Source: Rotaria sordida | Lineage: Eukaryota | Length of the DNA stretch: 8,809 nucleotides | Direction: 5' to 3' | Assembly: GCA_905252715.1 (NCBI GenBank) | Contig: CAJNOU010000143.1 | Span: forward strand, 88,037 to 96,845 | Part shown: piece after piece, positions 7,350 to 8,809 of the stretch | How the letters are laid out: each line of letters opens with the position of its first letter | Position numbering within the stretch: position 1 is the stretch's first letter | Notes under the pieces: model-generated | Database searches by the model: none | What the model was told of the DNA's origin: nothing | Seen by the model: only the letters and a program-made list of their open reading frames with translations | Translations under genes and position numbers: made by a program

Positions 7350-8666
7350 TAATAGAATCAGAGAACAAATGAGAACTCAAGAATTGAACTGAGATGAATT
7401 GATTGACTACTGTTTGTGTTTATGTACTTCAGGCTTTTTCATTTGTATTTCCTCTGCTAATCTTAGAATATATACTGGTTCTCTATTTTATATCCACGTA
7501 TACCGCCCTTCCTTTCTTGCCTATATTGCCAATTTGTTATTTGTACCATGTACGAACACAACGCATAGATTGTAGAGCAAGCTATTTTTTTAGCAATCAG
7601 TGATTCTTTTCCAATTGCTAATCCAAAAATTTATAATTGTCGTATTGAAACTTCGACTAGATCATCACGAACATCAAATAACTACAGAACAATCTGTCAA
7701 TTACATCAAAATTATTTCAAAATAATGTTACATTTAAACAATCGCTAGATCATTGTGCCAAATGTGGGTTGTATAGAAGTAGGCTGAATCCTCTGCTTTC
7801 ACCAATTGATTTTGCAGTTTTCTATTACATAAAACTGAACATTGACTAACCATTAAAATTCACAATGCATTCCTTTCAGTCATCATTCAAGAGACTCTTT
7901 AAAGTCAATTCGCCTACAACGCTATGCTATCATAGTTGACATCTTTGTTAATCAAGTCATACTAATTGAATAGATGAAGCCATCAAATCGAGTCGTATCA
8001 CCAGAATAGCGATCATCAGTGGTCCTAAATCCGATTAAATCAAAAAAGATTGCACAATTCGAATCTAATGAATTTTCGATATAAAGTCCAACGAATCCGA
8101 TTCGATGTAAATCGAGAGGAAAAAGAAAATATTTACATAATGAATTGTATTCTTCGATAAACGACTATCAACACCATTCAAATTTGTTCAAATAATATAC
8201 AACTAATTAGTGTTACTGAATCTATGAGAGTTCTTCACCATCCGAGCTCAGCATAAATCTATATATTTAAGCTCTATATGTTCAATTGGTTCTGTTGAAC
8301 AGTAATGCAGCATCATGAATTAATTCTGTTATCGAAGATAAATAAGTTGATGAACTGTCCGCAATAGCTATAAGAATATGTTAAATAAAAACAACAACTG
8401 GTCTAGACTTCGATTAATGGCAAAATGCAATTGATTGTTTCACTACTATTCCAACATCTTTCAACGTTTGCTCATATCTCATGTATTAATCGTGTTCGAT
8501 CTATGAAAACAATCGATTTTCGGCAGATCCTTTCAAAGACTATACCAGAAGAATTGACTTAATCGATCTTCTTTCATTATAAACGACATAGGCTTGATTT
8601 GCGGCTATAATCGTGTTTATAGAATATTCTGTCGAAAGAACCCCGCCGGATAAGATTATAAATCTG

Positions 8667-8685
8667 CCACCCCTCCCCCCCCCCC
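8667..8685. repeat. C-rich homopolymeric tract (C11 core at 8675-8685)
   Basis: The sequence is ccacccctccccccccccc, with 17 of 19 positions C. It stands out against the AT-rich background and is the source of the GGGRGG stretch in - ORF 8540..8734. Confidence 0.95.
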
Positions 8686-8768
8686 TAGATTTCAATTCCA
8701 ATAGTCTAGAAAGATAGAGCATGAAATTCTGCATATTTTTGTCTATTTACTTATTTCTTTTGTCAATA

Positions 8769-8788
8769 CCAAAAAAAATTTTTTTGGG
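8769..8788. repeat. A8/T7 palindrome flanked by CC/GGG
   Basis: The sequence ccaaaaaaaatttttttggg is a near-perfect self-complementary 19-20-mer. A G6 run follows at 8803-8808 at the window edge. Confidence 0.9.
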
Positions 8789-8809
8789 ACGAAATAATCT
8801 CTGGGGGGT

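Noticed and set aside
7403-7603. Track ORF 7403..7603 (+), a hydrophobic 66-aa peptide
   Set aside because: It lies in the pyrimidine-rich stretch just downstream of the NAPRT stop, which is probably the 3' UTR. It starts at TTG and has no recognisable features.
7955-8164. 70-codon stop-free minus frame (..HRIGFVGLYIENSLDSNCAIFFDLIGFRTTDDRYSGDTTRFDGFIYSI..) with a vaguely LamG/ConA-like F-x-G-x-I tail, a TGATAG acceptor-like site upstream and a GTATGA donor-like site near its end
   Set aside because: It has no start codon. The length is well within what random frames reach in this composition, and the motif resemblance is too loose. It might be an exon, but I cannot support that from sequence alone.
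8540-8734. Track ORF 8540..8734 (-) containing GGGRGGR
   Set aside because: The glycine run is simply the poly-C tract translated from the opposite strand. The ORF length is at chance level.
1-8809. Prokaryotic feature classes: operons, Shine-Dalgarno-led ORFs, CRISPR arrays, defence islands, IS elements, rho-independent terminators
   Set aside because: The only solid gene needs eukaryotic GT-AG splicing. There are no regularly spaced direct repeats with unique spacers and no run of contiguous same-strand ORFs. I found nothing that supports a prokaryotic system.

Overview
This window is AT-rich eukaryotic genomic DNA, roughly two-thirds A+T by eye, and not prokaryotic. I see no operon-like gene packing, CRISPR array, rRNA or tRNA. 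The one well-supported intact gene is a five-exon nicotinate phosphoribosyltransferase (NAPRT) homologue on the + strand (5497..7349). It has four very short GT-AG introns (67, 53, 49 and 61 nt) and encodes 540 aa. Its sequence is metazoan-like along its whole length. The rest of the window looks like decaying or non-coding sequence. Region 2850-3445 (+) holds a degenerate NHL-type beta-propeller repeat pseudogene with frameshifts and in-frame stops, next to a (CT)19 microsatellite. Two same-orientation clusters of a CpG-containing 8-9 nt motif (RCGRCACAT) lie at about 1190-1260 and 1621-1713. An unusually long 193-codon stop-free minus frame spans them. There are also a few short coding-like remnants of unknown identity and a poly-C / A8T7 palindrome / poly-G patch at the 3' edge. 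I find no evidence for a new multi-gene 'system'. The two observations most worth follow-up are these. First, the otherwise intact NAPRT carries substitutions at positions I recall as near-invariant, including His to Tyr at the ATP-coupling phosphohistidine. Second, the RCGRCACAT motif clusters are unexplained. All homology statements come from memory of the protein families, not from a search.
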